Positions 13,845 to 26,660 of a stretch of 64,000 nucleotides of DNA are shown here, piece after piece. The translations under genes and the position numbers were made by a program. This stretch comes from Octopus bimaculoides (taxonomy: Eukaryota). Where the stretch lies: contig NC_068982.1 in assembly GCF_001194135.2 (NCBI RefSeq), positions 122,384,850 to 122,448,849 on the forward strand, written 5' to 3'. The notes beneath the pieces were generated by a model. It was not told where the DNA came from and ran no database searches. It saw only the letters and a list, made by a program, of their open reading frames with translations. The first letter of the stretch is position 1; every line of letters begins with the position of its first letter.

Positions 13845-14235
13845 GGCAGGCATAGTTGAGTGGTTAGGAAGCTCATTCTGCAACCATCTGGTTATGTGTT
13901 CAGTCCCAGAGCACAGCACTTAGGGTGTCTTCTACTAGATCCACTGGCTGACCAATGCCTTGTGAGTGAATTTGGTAAATGAAAACTGTTTGGAAGCCTG
14001 TTATACATACACACAAGTACACACACACGTGAATATCTAGGTGGTGTGTCTCTTTGTGTCTGCATTTGTCAACTTCCACCACTTGATAACCAGTGCTGGT
14101 TTGTTAATGTCCCTTTAACTAAGTAGTTTGCCTAAAAGACTGATAGAATAGACTGAAAAACATACTGGGGTTGAGTAGTTCAACTAAAAATCCTTTGAGG
14201 CAGTGCTTCAGTATGTCTACAATCCAATAACTGAA
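13845..14235 (+). mobile_element. Decayed SINE, family B
   Basis: Colinear similarity to 9097-9460, from the head (GGCAGGCATAGTTGAGTGGTTAGGAAG) to the tail (TAACTGAAACAAGTAAAAG). Confidence 0.8.
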
Positions 14236-14521
14236 ACAAGTAAAAGAGAAAAGATATCACAATGTAGCTATGTTATTAAGAAGTTTGTTTTGCAACTGCA
14301 TAGTTTTTGGTTTGATTCCATTGCACAATGTCTTAAGCATGCCTTCAACTATAGCTTTGAACTGAACAATGCCCTCTGAGGAGAATTTGGAAGGTGGAAA
14401 CTATGAATACATATAAATACACATACACACACACATATTTTGCTATTATACATCAGCAAAAAAACTGATGCTTTTAAATGTAAACAGTGCAAGTGGTATT
14501 TGTTTCTCCCAAGTTGCTTAA

Positions 14522-15522
14522 CCCTTTCGTTACTAACCCGGCCATAGCCGGCCGAAAAGTTTTTTGGTTCATAAGTCTAACCCGGCCGTAGCCGGCCAAG
14601 CGTACCCATTGTTATTTAAATGTATATTTGAACCCAAATTTTGTTAGTACATTCGTTCAAACACCTGATTTCACTTTGCAAACAGTTGAGTTATTGTCTC
14701 TGACATTATTTGGCTTGATATTTGAACTCAGTGAATTTTGGAAGATTTTTTCCACATTTTTTGCGGCGTTGATTTTTTTCAACTTTGAAGATGGAGAGGA
14801 GTTTCATGCTATCAAGCAGTGATTCCGAATTTGAAGGTTTTTCAACAGAAGATATGGAGATATCGAAGAAAAGAATGAATGAGCTNNNNNNNNNNNNNNN
14901 NNNNNNNNNNNNNNNNNNNNNNNNNNNNNNNNNNNNNNNNNNNNNNNNNNNNNNNNNNNNNNNNNNNNNNNNNNNNNNNNNNNNNNNNNNNNNNNNNNNN
15001 NNNNNNNNNNNNNNNNNNNNNNNNNNNNNNNNNNNNNNNNNNNNNNNNNNNNNNNNNNNNNNNNNNNNNNNNNNNNNNNNNNNNNNNNNNNNNNNNNNNN
15101 NNNNNNNNNNNNNNNNNNNNNNNNNNNNNNNNNNNNNNNNNNNNNNNNNNNNNNNNNNNNNNNNNNNNNNNNNNNNNNNNNNNNNNNNNNNNNNNNNNNN
15201 NNNNNNNNNNNNNNNNNNNNNNNNNNNNNNNNNNNNNNNNNNNNNNNNNNNNNNNNNNNNNNNNNNNNNNNNNNNNNNNNNNNNNNNNNNNNNNNNNNNN
15301 NNNNNNNNNNNNNNNNNNGGAGAACTTAGAGACAAAAATTATGCAATAGAATTGATTAAGAACCCTTTCTTTATTTATGTTCCAAATATCACATTAATAT
15401 GTTGATAAATAAAAAAGTTACAGGTATTTAATGAGACTAGTCTAAATTCATGATTATTTTAGAATTTAATTGAAACTCATGAGGGGTGGTGTATTTTGGC
15501 CAGAAATATAGTAACGAAAGGG
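14522..15522 (+). mobile_element. piggyBac-type DNA transposon (probably internally deleted; centre hidden by gap)
   Basis: Perfect 13-bp TIRs CCCTTTCGTTACT (14522-14534) and AGTAACGAAAGGG (15510-15522), flanked by TTAA at 14518-14521 and 15523-15526. An acidic ORF start MERSFMLSSSDSEFEGFSTEDMEISKKRMNE runs into the gap at 14886. Confidence 0.88.
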
Positions 15523-15665
15523 TTAAACAAACTCTTGTTGCCATTGTCATCAGAAATGGCAATGAAACCAGTGAATTGCCAGTTGGAAACCTGCAGCCAA
15601 CAATGCTATTTGCTTAGCAAAATGTGACATAAAAATAAAAGAAAAACTTTTAGCAGCAACTTCAA

Positions 15666-16445
15666 CATCATTTAATGTCTATTGTCCATGTTGGCATGAG
15701 TTGGATAGTTTGACCAGGGTTGGTAAGCTGAGGGGCTGCACCAGACTCAATGATTTCTACTACTGGATGCTTTTATGTACCAGTTGCATGACACCATCTG
15801 TCATGACTACAATTTCACTTGGCTTGATGGGTCTTCTGCTCAAGTGCAGCATATTGTCAAAGGTCTTGGTCACTTGTCATTGCATCCATGAAACCCAACG
15901 TTTGAAGATCATGCTTCACCACCTCATCCCATGTTTACCTCTTCTACAGTTTCCCTCCACAATTAGAGATTGGCACTTCTTTACACAGCTGTCCTCATTC
16001 AGACACATCACATAACCATACTACCACAGTCATCTCTCTTGCACATCTCTTTGATACCGCTTATGGTCAACTTTTTTTCTTACGACACTTACATTCTGTT
16101 GTACATGCACACTGACATTGCACATCCAGTGAAGCATGCTAGCTTTATTTCTTTCAAGCCTATGCATGTCCTTGGTGGTCACAGCCTATGTTTCAATGCC
16201 ATGTAGCATAGCTGTTCACACACAAGTATCATACAGTCTACCTTTCACTCTGAGGGACAGGCCCTTAGTTGTCAACAGAGTTAGATCTCTGAACTTTGCC
16301 CAGCCTATTCTTATTATTGAAGCTATGCTCTTGGAGCATTCACCTCTGCTACTCATTTGGTCACCTTGATAACGGAAGCTATCAACTACCTCTAGCATAC
16401 CTCACTGGCATTCAAAAGAGTCTATTTTCTGTACATTTTTGGTGT
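15666..16445 (-). mobile_element. Decayed RTE LINE, 3' part of ORF2 plus 3' UTR
   Basis: Translation LEVVDSFRYQGDQMSSRGECSKSIASIIRIGWAKFRDL.LLTTKGLSLRVKGRLYDTCV, then TWDEVVKHDL, then the family 3' UTR ending in a GAT tail. Confidence 0.9.
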
Positions 16446-16544
16446 TTATTCCACATACAAAAAATGTTTTCCTAGTTAACTGTCCCCTATTTTAAAAATA
16501 TTTTTCAGTTAGGTGAAACGAGCCATATTTAAAGAAGACTGAAA

Positions 16545-16718
16545 ATCATCATCATCATCATCGTTTAATGTCCGCTTTCCATGCTAGGATGGGTTGGACG
16601 ATTTGACTGAGGACTGGTGAAACCGGATGGCAACACCAGGCTCCAATCTGATTTGGCAGAGTTTCTACAGCTGGATGCCCTTCCTAACGCCAACCACTCA
16701 GAGAGTGTAGTGGGTGCT
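16545..16718 (-). mobile_element. Young RTE 3' tail, 5'-truncated
   Basis: Three mismatches (by eye) to the reverse complement of 48250-48391; (CAT)n tail on the + strand. Confidence 0.95.
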
Positions 16719-17095
16719 CGGAAATGGTATTAGAATGGTATTAAAAAGTGAACCCAAGTCATCGATTCAGTTCAGAAATAGTTATTCTCTTACTTTATAA
16801 TACTTGTAATATTTCATATTGAACATATTAATTGTTGTACTCACTGTACTTAAATAATTCTTTTCAAAATATGAAAAATTTCCGAACAATCTTTCCACAC
16901 CTGTTGGTGTCAAATCACACCCACAATGTAAGTCAATAACAACATTTAGGTTTATATGTCTATGTATGGTATATTCACCTTTTGGTATAATGTGACATAT
17001 AAAAATGTGTTTAGTTATATTTGATAGTAAGAGATTAGGTCTAATTTATTTGTGAATGGCAGTTATATTCATGTATGATGTTCTCAACATTTAAG

Positions 17096-17157
<62 letters not shown>

Positions 17158-17158
<1 letters not shown>

Positions 17159-17490
17159 GTATGGCTGAATGGTTAAGTTTGCTTAACAACAATGAGGCCT
17201 CTAGTTCAATTCCGCTGTATGACAAACTGATTTAATATCATTTTTTTATATAACCCCAGCCTGTTCCTTGTGAATGAAAGCAGGTAGAAAAGCCCTTTGG
17301 GTGAATTATACATGCAATTCAAAAGATACAGTCTTGTCATACATTGTGTTATGCTGATTCTGCCTGAGATGTGGTAAAGGCCATCTGTGTCTGTGGAATG
17401 CTCAGGCATTTAATATTAATTCAAGAGCAGGTATTTCAGTCAATTGAACAACTAAATCTTCATTGTACAATGATGGAGGTCCCTGCCACA
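17158..17490 (+). mobile_element. Decayed tRNA-derived SINE of a further family
   Basis: tRNA-like head (TGGCTGAATGGTTAAG ... AGTTCAATTCC) after a (TA)n tract, with a body motif GTGTCTGTGGAATGCTCAG unlike families A and B. Confidence 0.6.
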
Positions 17491-17757
17491 TCTAAGCAAT
17501 AGCATTTAGGTTTTATTTCCAAGTGTTGGTAAGTTTGCTAATTTTTTTTACTTGTTCCATTTAACAAGAAATGTATATTGATTAGGTTGCAATGTAAAGC
17601 TGTTCCAACGCTACTTGGCTTCAAATAGACCTGTCTTGACTAACAATAAAGCTGTAGCAGAAAAGATATAGACAAGCCAATATCTGCTTACGAAGTCTGG
17701 AAAATTTCTGCTTAGTACTTTAGCAATCAAATTGTTCTGTCAATTACAATGCTTATT

Positions 17758-18129
17758 CATTACCTCCACCTTAGCAAAGGCAGAGGTATTGTTTTCAGTT
17801 GCATTTATTTGTTTGTTTGTCCGTGGACAAAATATCTCAAGAACTGCTGGATAGATTCAGATGAAACTTTCAGGGATGTTTGGCCTCATGACTGGCATGA
17901 ACTGATTAGATTTGGGGATTGATCTGGTACTGGATAAGGATTCTGGATTATTTTTCCAGTTATTTTACTTAATTTTTGAGAGCGGTCGGATTAATTTTTA
18001 ATATTCTCATTTGTGAGAGCAGTCGAGTTTATTTCAGATATCCTCATTTAAAAAAACATCTCTGGCTAATCGTTGAGAGGACATTGGTGTTAGCTTAGCG
18101 GAGGTTTTCACTCTCTGAGTGCTCTTGTT
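17758..18129 (+). mobile_element. Helentron-associated (HINE/DINE-1-like) non-autonomous element
   Basis: 5' hairpin ACCTCCACCTT-AGCA-AAGGCAGAGGT, internal TTTGTTTGTTTGTCC microsatellite, 3' subterminal inverted repeat GCTTAGCGGAGGT followed by the small hairpin CACTCTCTGAGTG. This is the DINE-1/HINE architecture. Confidence 0.7.
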
Positions 18130-18134
18130 CATAT

Positions 18135-18270
18135 TGTTTTGAAGTAATTATGGCTCATCTCATACAATGATATTGTGCTGTAGGTGTAAGAGATCAGATC
18201 TGGCCCATTTAAATAAAAAAGAGGGAGAATATTTGGGCCTGATATCACTGGTTTAAATGCTAAAGGCTTA
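18135..18270 (-). mobile_element. Partial piggyBac-type MITE
   Basis: Ends in TTTAAATGCTAAAGGCTTA and is the reverse complement of the left part of the 43985-44206 element (GGCCCAAATATTC). Confidence 0.6.
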
Positions 18271-18863
18271 GATAAGCTATCACCTGAAATAATACCAGAT
18301 ATAAGCTACCATTTTAAGCAATAGCTGTAAATAAAATCAAAGGACTGCAGATCATATTGGAAGGATCTAAATTGGAAACTTTTGGGAAACTTATGATTTC
18401 CTAGTGAGTGTTTAATGTTGTTAAGGTTGCCCAACCAACCTTTGGGAATTTTTGAGACACTAGCTTTCTTCTAGCTATATACAAGTTGGTAATCTAATAT
18501 TTGTTTCTTCACTAACACTGTACCTCATTCATGTCAATCTATAGATATGTTGTTATTGTTTGCTTACATTTTGTTCTGGCTGAGCTGATATATAGCACAT
18601 ATATAATCAATAGAGAGACGACTCAACATGCCAAATATGTATTTAAAATTTTGACTACACCCTCTTGCATGTTTATTTCCAACAACAAATGTTACTACTC
18701 TAGAGTGATAAAGATTTAAGATAATCAAAGGTTTTTACATTCAGAATAAGGTATTGGATGACTGGAAAACTCAAGTACTTTCTTGTATAATATGTTTTAA
18801 TTATAATATATACATATGACGAAGGTTAAGCTGAGGGCTTATCAAAATGAATAAAGTATTCTA

Positions 18864-19043
18864 CATAGTGGCTTTAAATTTTGACACAAGGCCAGTAATT
18901 TCAGAGGGGTACATCAACCCCAGTGTTCAAATGGTACTTATTTAATTGACCCCAAAAGGATGAAAGGGCAAAGTTGACCCTGGCAGTATTTGAACCCAGA
19001 GCATAAAGACATGAACTGTCACTAAGCATTTCACCTCACTGCC
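18864..19043 (-). mobile_element. SINE family A with 13-bp TSD
   Basis: Core TTGACCCCAAAAGGATGAAAGGGCAAAGTTGACC; direct repeat ATAAAGTATTCTA at 18851-18863 and 19044-19056. Confidence 0.88.
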
Positions 19044-19472
19044 ATAAAGTATTCTATGTATTACCATGTAAAAACATGGTTTGTTGTAAATACATTGTGA
19101 GGGACAACATTACCTGACATTTCCATGCATGGTAATTGTAACAAGGTGAGCCAACATATTGGTAAATTCATAAATTTAAATGTTCACAGATTTATATACT
19201 AAGTAGATAAAATGCATTATAATAAATTTATTGATGATGTATTAGCTTGTGAGATAATTACCTGATGATGAAATGACAGGTAATGTAATTACAAGCAATG
19301 AATTTATCAGACACCAAAGCAAATATCTTGCATCACAATATGTCACCAAAAAAAAACCCCATTTCTCTTAATTCTAAAGCAAAATTGACTACTGATAACC
19401 CAATTAGTTTATAATAACAAAATTTTATTGCCTTAATGATATGATCAGTTTAACAGCTCCTTTCTCTCTCTC

Positions 19473-19504
<32 letters not shown>

Positions 19505-19507
<3 letters not shown>

Positions 19508-19800
19508 AAGGCACATGACTTGGTGCTCACAGTGTCGAGCTTACAATCATGAGGTTGTGAGTTCGATTCCTGTAGAAATGAGTTGCGATGTCATTGGTGC
19601 CAAGCTGTATTGGCCTTTACCTTTCCCTTGGATAACATCGGTGGCATGGAGAGGGGAGGCTGGTATGCATGGGTGACTGCTGGTCTTCTATAAAAACAAC
19701 CCTAGGCTATGCGTTTGCTGGAGAAGCAACTTTTGCCCAGACTTGTACCCCAGAGAGGAACCTCTTAGGTGCACTCATGGCCATTTGTGACAGACGGAGT
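19505..19800 (+). mobile_element. tRNA-derived SINE, family C
   Basis: Head GAAGGCACATGACTTGGTG ... GTGAGTTCGATTCC with body CCTTTCCCTTGGATAACATCGGTGG..GAGAGGGGAGG. A related body occurs at about 42120-42215. Confidence 0.7.
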
Positions 19801-22003
19801 CGAGTGTGTGTGTGTGTGGTGTGGTGTGGTGTGCGCGCGCGCGCGCGTGTGGTGCGCGCGCGTGTGTGCGTGTGCGTGTGCGTGTGTGTACATAATACAT
19901 CTATTACGACTAAGTGTGACTTTCAAGTAGTATTTTATCTTCCATCTAGAATCATATAGCTCTACCTCTGCTCTTTTAATTCTCCACTACCAATTCATAT
20001 TGTTCATTTGTAATATTATGGGCTATTCTACATCATTGTTTTATTGCTCAATTTACTATGCTTGCAAGGGTCAGACAATTTATTGAGGTAGGTTTGCTAC
20101 TGCTGGGTGCCTTTCCTGTTACCAAGTTCACATATTTCCGAACAACGTGACTTTTCTCCTTGGTTGGATATGTTTTCATGGAAGGTGGGAAATGAATGGA
20201 ATTGCTTGTGTGACTAATGCTCACTTACAGCTAACATGAAAAGTCACAATAAGGATACACACATACAGGTTTCTTTCCATGTCCACCTACAAAATCCACT
20301 CAAGGCTGTAATTGGCTGGTGATTATAGCAGAAAACACTTGGCTAAAGAGCCATGCAGAGGCATAGAACTTGAAACCCTGTGGTGGGGAAGCAGCCATTG
20401 TATTATCATCAAATCTGAATTAAAATATAAATTCTACTTACCATTTTTCAACATCTTTTAAATAAACATGCGCAATATGATAGTAAAAATCAAAAATAAA
20501 CACATAAAAAATGTGTATTTAATCAAAATAACTGTTTTGATACCAACCTGCCTGAGACTATCACTGACTTTATGACAGAAAAATTTTAATTTTAAAGTGT
20601 TCATATCTAAATTAGAACATTCCATCGGAGTATGTAAGAGCATTTTGTTAAGTTATGTTCCATCTTAATGGAAATTATTATTTTACTAAATCTCCCAATA
20701 ATTCTTGGAGGCTTTCAAAAAAAAGTAAAGTACATGGATTGTATTTGTTAATAGGATAATGAAAAGATTTAAAAGTATTTTGGATAACAAAAGCAATGAA
20801 GGCAACATTTTAATATTAATCTAGTGTTAAATTCTTATTATTTAAAGAACAAGTGGTATTATATACAATTTCCATGTGTATTAATTGTTCATATGGAAGT
20901 AATTACCTCTCAATTAGTGCCTTTGAAATTTAACCCAACTTAATTCAAAGTCATACTCTCTAATATTAATTTTCATATTTTGCAAATTACTGATTGTCCA
21001 TTTTACAGCATTTCTATTATATAACAGGTATTTATTGATTCTTCAAGGAATGGCAAAATAAATAAATAAACACCGGGTTTGATTTGAACCCAGGAATGTA
21101 GAGTGATAAAACTATTTAATCCTGTCCTTGACCATTTCCGTCAAGTCATCAACCTTAAACCTAATATAAATGTGAATAAACCTACAAATGTAAATGAGCC
21201 TACCTAATTGTGGAAATATTTTTTTTTGTTTTAATGCTTTACATTGTTATGTTGTTTTTATTCAGACCACAACCTTCCCTTTAAAGGAGTATCTTAATCA
21301 AGTATATATAAATTATTATATTTGACTAACCTAATTCATACAGCTGAAGGTGTGGCTAAAACTTTAAACATACATTCAACAGTGACACTCCAAGAATAAA
21401 TAAATCAGTCAACTTCCTTGGTGCCAATGTACAAATGAAAGTCCAAAACTGCCTCATGGTGTGAATTTATGACTGGAAGGAATGTGAAAATTTCAGTTCT
21501 AGAATGTATTGTTTAAAAACTGGTTAAGCTCGTTTTAAAATATTTCAATCATGAAACATCACAGTTACTTTGACAAAAGTGCCTGAAGTGAAATTTTACT
21601 GCAATATTTTTATGTCTTGGTACAAATATGACTACATCCAACATTCAAAACTATATTGCACAAACTACATATATTGACTACACTATAAACTTTGTTGTTT
21701 GACTACTAGCAAAGGTAGAAAAAAAAAGCATTATGAGATGAGATGAAATATAGAAAATAGAAGATATTTGAAGGCAAATAAGTTACAGGATATTTCCAGC
21801 AATGAAAAAAAAAAAGAAAAACCCATTCAGATTAGTAGCAATTTGGAATGATTTCATTAATTCGTATATTATTAAAACAATTATTCTTTTCAATAACATA
21901 CCGATTCATTACTAATGTTTTGGCAGAGTCAAGTGTGAATATCTGATTGCTGTGGTTTTTCATGACTGGAGAACACTTCTTTTTAGATGATGTGTGTGTT
22001 ATG

Positions 22004-22198
22004 AATGAATATAAAATAAAAAGAGAAGGTATTCTCTGGTGATGAAAAAACAAGAGTGATTAGATATTCATATCTGAATCTGCCAAAATGAATTAAGAAT
22101 GAATATAATATAAAGAGAGAAGGTGCTCTCTGGTGATGAAAAACAACAGTAATCAGATATTCATATTCGAATCTGCCAAAATGAATTAAGAATGAATA
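22004..22198. repeat. Tandem duplication of a 94/93-bp unit
   Basis: Units 22004-22097 and 22098-22190 plus a partial third start, sharing CTCTGGTGATGAAAAA and GAATCTGCCAAAATGAATTAAG. Confidence 0.95.
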
Positions 22199-22811
22199 GA
22201 TACATTATTGTTTGGAATCTCACTGATCTGTATGCACTACATAATTTTTTTGTTTTTCTCTAGCCATAATTATTAATGACCTCTCAAATATAAGTTAGCA
22301 GTTGAGTATTATTTGCTAGATACAGTCAAACAAATAGAGTTATGTACATTACCTATCACAACTTGCTTAGTTATATATACTAATACTGGCACCATGTAAA
22401 GTGTGGTTGTGCTGGTACTGCATAAAGTGCACTCATGCTGGTGCTGCATAAATGCACTCATGCTGGTAGTGAGTAAATGCACCTTTTGGATCCTGTTATA
22501 GGAAGTCTTGAAAAGGATGTTTTATCATTAACAAACAATTATCTCTAAATATTATAGATCATTTCAGAAGATACCATTTTATAAGAAGAGACCCTTATTC
22601 TCCTATATCAAGGTAAGTGGGGCATTATTACTTTGGTTATTTTCTCTTAGCCACAACTTTTCACCATCAAATCTCTAACAGTGTAATCATGCTTCTTGCA
22701 CAAATTATTTTCAAGATGCCCAGTCACTTTCTCAAGCTTTCTCTTAAGATAATATTCACACCCAACAAATTATACCGATGTTAAGCCAATAAAGAAGATT
22801 CTACACCAGGA

Positions 22812-23159
22812 GCCGGTGTCATGTAACTAGCACCTATGCCAGTGGCACATAAAAATCACCCTTTGAGCATTGAGTTTCACAGAGGCAACAACAAATGACC
22901 AAAGGCGATAAGCTGTGCTTGAGCAGAAGACTCATCAAGCCATGGCAGAAACTGGTGTCATGCAACTGGCACCCATGCTGGTGGAACATAAAAACACCCA
23001 TTACACTCTTGGAGTAGGGTTAGGGTTAGAAAGGGCATCCAGTCAGAGAAACCATGCCAAATCAAACTGGAGTCTGGTGTAGCCCCTCAGCTTATCAACC
23101 CTGGTCAAACTGTCCAACCCATGTTAGCATGGACAACAGATGTTAAAAGATGATGATGA
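22812..23159 (+). mobile_element. Decayed RTE 3' end
   Basis: Contains GGCACATAAAAATCACC repeat units, AAGGGCATCCAG, CCAACCCATG..AGCATGG and a GATGATGAT tail. Confidence 0.85.
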
Positions 23160-23620
23160 GCAGAGTATCTATAATTTTTCAGGGCCTTAAATGTGGCTTC
23201 CTGGAACAAGCCTGGATTTTGCATTAAAAAAATGTTGATTACATAGTATTATATTACAAATGTTCTTAAATCATAAGCTGTAAAAGCAAGATGTTTTTTT
23301 AATTTTATATTTTAACATTTATAATTACTTTTTAATACTGAAAATAATTAAATTTTTCAGGAAATTTGATAAACTTTTCACCAATGTAGCCTTATTAGAT
23401 AAAATGTGGTCTTCAAATATAGAAAAAAGGCTCCCACTCTTATTTTATAAATTGTGGTCTTCAAATATTAAAAAGAAAAAAAAAAGGTTTGCAGTTCCTG
23501 CTCAATAGTCATTGGACCGGTCAGAAACAGCAGCCAAATCTACCTCAGACCATGCCCTTCTATTTTAAATGTAGAGGATAATGCAAAAATGTAGTATGGT
23601 TATAACTGGAATACCTTTAA

Positions 23621-23833
23621 CCCTTTTGTTACTAAATTTTTGTTGAAGTACACTTCCTTTATTTCAATTAATTTAGAAAATAATGAAGTAAAAATGTTTT
23701 ACCATTAAGCTGCTGTCTGGGGCAGAAATTAACATTAAATTTTAAAGGAAGATTTAAATTTAGATCACTTTAAAATAAGGAAGTTTGTATCATACAACCA
23801 AGGGTAGCTTCAGGCAATTTAGTATCAAAAGGG
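23621..23833. mobile_element. piggyBac-type MITE (213 bp)
   Basis: TTAA|CCCTTTTGTTACT ... AGTATCAAAAGGG|TTAT; internally similar to 39325-39531. Confidence 0.75.
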
Positions 23834-25903
23834 TTATTCATAAGCCTGCTCTGCTAAATGATCACATACAGATGTGTCATAATACAGCATTGCACTTCCT
23901 ACACATAATATAATCAGACTTTTTTATGAGTAGAGATATACACCATTGTTTTCTTTATTTTTTTTTGTCATTGTTAGATAGCATGTTTACAAATTTTTTA
24001 TTTCTTTAGGCATAAACACTTTGCTATAACTAACTCTACATGAAATCCATTACGTGACAGACTGCTTCCAGTCAATAATCCATGTAGTGCATGGCCTTCA
24101 CTTCGCAGTTACTTAATTCCCTGGCAATTAATACACTTCATATTATACTACATATGTGTATTCATTATTTGTACAGGCCTTAACTTAGGGTTTGTGTCTC
24201 AACTTAAACATTCTTTACATGCTGAAGAGTGTCATTTCCTTCATGATTGTGATCTTATCCACATATCAAACTTCGTAGTTGAATAAATATAACAATTTAT
24301 GAACAAAATCTTAAAAAGTACACACATCAACTTTCTATCCCAAGCTGAAATTTAATCTCCAAAAGTTATTTAAACCAAAAAAGACAAACAGATATGATTC
24401 AGCAAACCAGTTCTAAAATTGTAAATGAATTATGAAGCTGCTTCCTCTGTCAACATAGGGTGGGACACTGTGATGGATGCACCACTCTTAATTACACAAT
24501 TATTTTAAAGTTATTTTGTTCATTTGTCTTTCAATGTTAGTAATACCTGAGGGTTACTTTTCCTCACAGGAATACTATGGCACATGTGATTTATATCTTC
24601 ATCCACCCTTAGAATATAAGAAAAATTAAAATAAATCATTTAGGAGTTTTCAATCAGGGCCTTATACTTGTAGAGGCCTAGTGGAACATTATATGTGAAG
24701 CCTTTGACAATTTACAATTATATTTACTATCATAAACTGAAATAGCAGTAATATATTCATTGAATACATTGCCTACTTGATCTGCAAAAAGTAGCAGCTG
24801 AATTTTTCTCAAATCATCCCACTGTATTAAACAGAAGAATAATACAAGAGTCTACTTAATGAAGGATGACTTAGATTAAATAACACCACCAGTTCATAGA
24901 TATTGCAATTTTTTTAAAATGATTTTTGTCCAGAAAATTCACCAAGCTTTATTTAATAGAATCACATTCACTGACATTTTTTACTTTTCAAAGTTTGTTG
25001 AGCCAAGAGATTTGAGCTGGCTACCAAGATGAAATTGAATACTAAGTACCCAATACCTTTTATTCTGCCAACTTTACTGCACTTACAATCACTGTCATAT
25101 TGATTTGCTTTCATAACCATTTATTTATTATATGTAAAAATGTTTCAAATTCTGATCAATACTATATTAATGAGCAATGTGATAGTGGGCAATGTGATAA
25201 TGTTTGATTATAGATGAGAGAAGGCATATCTGTAACAGTTAAGAATATTGTGGCAGTGTAGCAGTAGTAGTGTTATCCAGAATCTGGATGTAATAACAAT
25301 AGTGCACTGAAAGCGTCAGCAATGCCACAACATTTTATAGATCAGTTATGCAATGAATCGGTAGAGCTGCGAGAGCATCAGCTAGGTAGATTGCCTTGTC
25401 ATATTTGTTCCGGCAGCTCTTGGTGGTCTGAGTTCAAATCTTATCAAGGCCAACTTTTTTCTTTCGTCCTTTGGGGTTGATAAATACAGTATCGGTTCAA
25501 CACAGTGGATTGGCAGAATTCTTTAAAATGAGATGCCTTGTGGCAACTGTTCTGGTACTGAGGCCCAAGTTCAAATCTTGTCTTCTATCACCAGGATAAA
25601 AAGACAAAAAGAAGCAGGAGTGGGTGGGGACGAGGTTCCTATCAAAACCTGCAACCAACAAATAGAATCAGTGATGGCAAAAATTCATTGCAAACAGTTT
25701 ACATAGTTCAACTGGCTGCACCACCAACTGGGGCTGTGGTGTGTTAACCCTGGAAAGCATTGTTGTTCAATGGGTATATAGATATAATCAATACAGGGCT
25801 AGTCTAGATTAATTGAAGTTATGTTTTCTTGTGGGTATAGTCCAATTCACTAAAGTTAATTACATTTCTCACATTTACTGTGTTATCACTTACAATACTA
25901 ATA

Positions 25904-26480
25904 AAATAATCCTTTCTACTATAGACACAAGGCCTGAAATTTTCAGGGAGGAGTAAGTCAATTAAATCGACCCCATTATTTCATTGGTACTCTTTTACTT
26001 GTTTCAGTCATTTGACTGTGGCCATGCTGGAGCACTGCCTTTAGTTGAGTAAATCGACCCCAGGACTTATTCTTTGTAAGCCTAGTACTTATTCTATCGG
26101 TCTCTTTTGCTGAACCGCTAAGTTACGGGGATGTAAACACACCAGCATCGGTTGCCAAGCGATGTTGGGGGTGGGGGTGGCAAACACAGACACAAACATA
26201 TACACACATATATACGACGAGATTCTTTCAGTTTCTGTCTACCAAATCCATTCACAGGGCTTTGGTTGGCCCGAGGCTATAGTAGAAGACTATAGGTGCT
26301 ACACAGTGGGACTGAACCCAGAACCATGTGGTTGGTAAGCAAGCTACTTTTAATTTATCAATCCTGAACGGATGAAAACCAAAGACAACCTCTGCAGAAT
26401 TTGAATCCAGGATGTAAAGATGGATAAAATGCCACTGAGCATTTTGCCCAACATGATATCAATTCTGCCAGCTTGCCACC
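25904..26480 (-). mobile_element. SINE family A with a family-B SINE nested at about 25991-26350
   Basis: Family-A halves flank a family-B copy. The outer TSD-like repeat is TTAC(A/T)ATACTAATA at 25890-25903 and 26481-26494. Confidence 0.85.
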
Positions 26481-26660
26481 TTACTATACTAATAGAAAAA
26501 ATAATGGAGTTGGCATTTTAACTCCACTACTTCAATTCTTTTATAGCTTCTATTCAGATTCCTCTAAGATCAATAACATGTTAGTAATATCCCAGGATGC
26601 TGGATGATTCTTTCCACTCTTAATAAAAGAAGAAAATAGACAGGTGAGGGACATCATTTT

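Noticed and set aside
19245-19305. CTGATGA inside a hairpin (also CTGATGAG at about 60978)
   Set aside because: No stem II plus GAAA arrangement compatible with a hammerhead core.
20430-20460. Minus-strand AG...GTAAGT 13-nt segment
   Set aside because: Not frame-preserving, weak pyrimidine tract, no supporting homology.
22004-22198. Possible C/D-box snoRNA (GTGATGA ... CTGA) or CRISPR-like repeat
   Set aside because: The boxes are only about 30 nt apart and the second unit lacks CTGA. The units are contiguous with no unique spacers.
22567-22617. Plus-strand exon-like segment (KIPFYKKRPLFSYIK then GTAAGT)
   Set aside because: No recognisable protein similarity and no partner exons; expected by chance.
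23014-23030. TTAGGG-like telomeric repeats
   Set aside because: There are only about two units, at the position of the RTE UTR motif GGTTGGCGTTAGG, so this is mutated element sequence.
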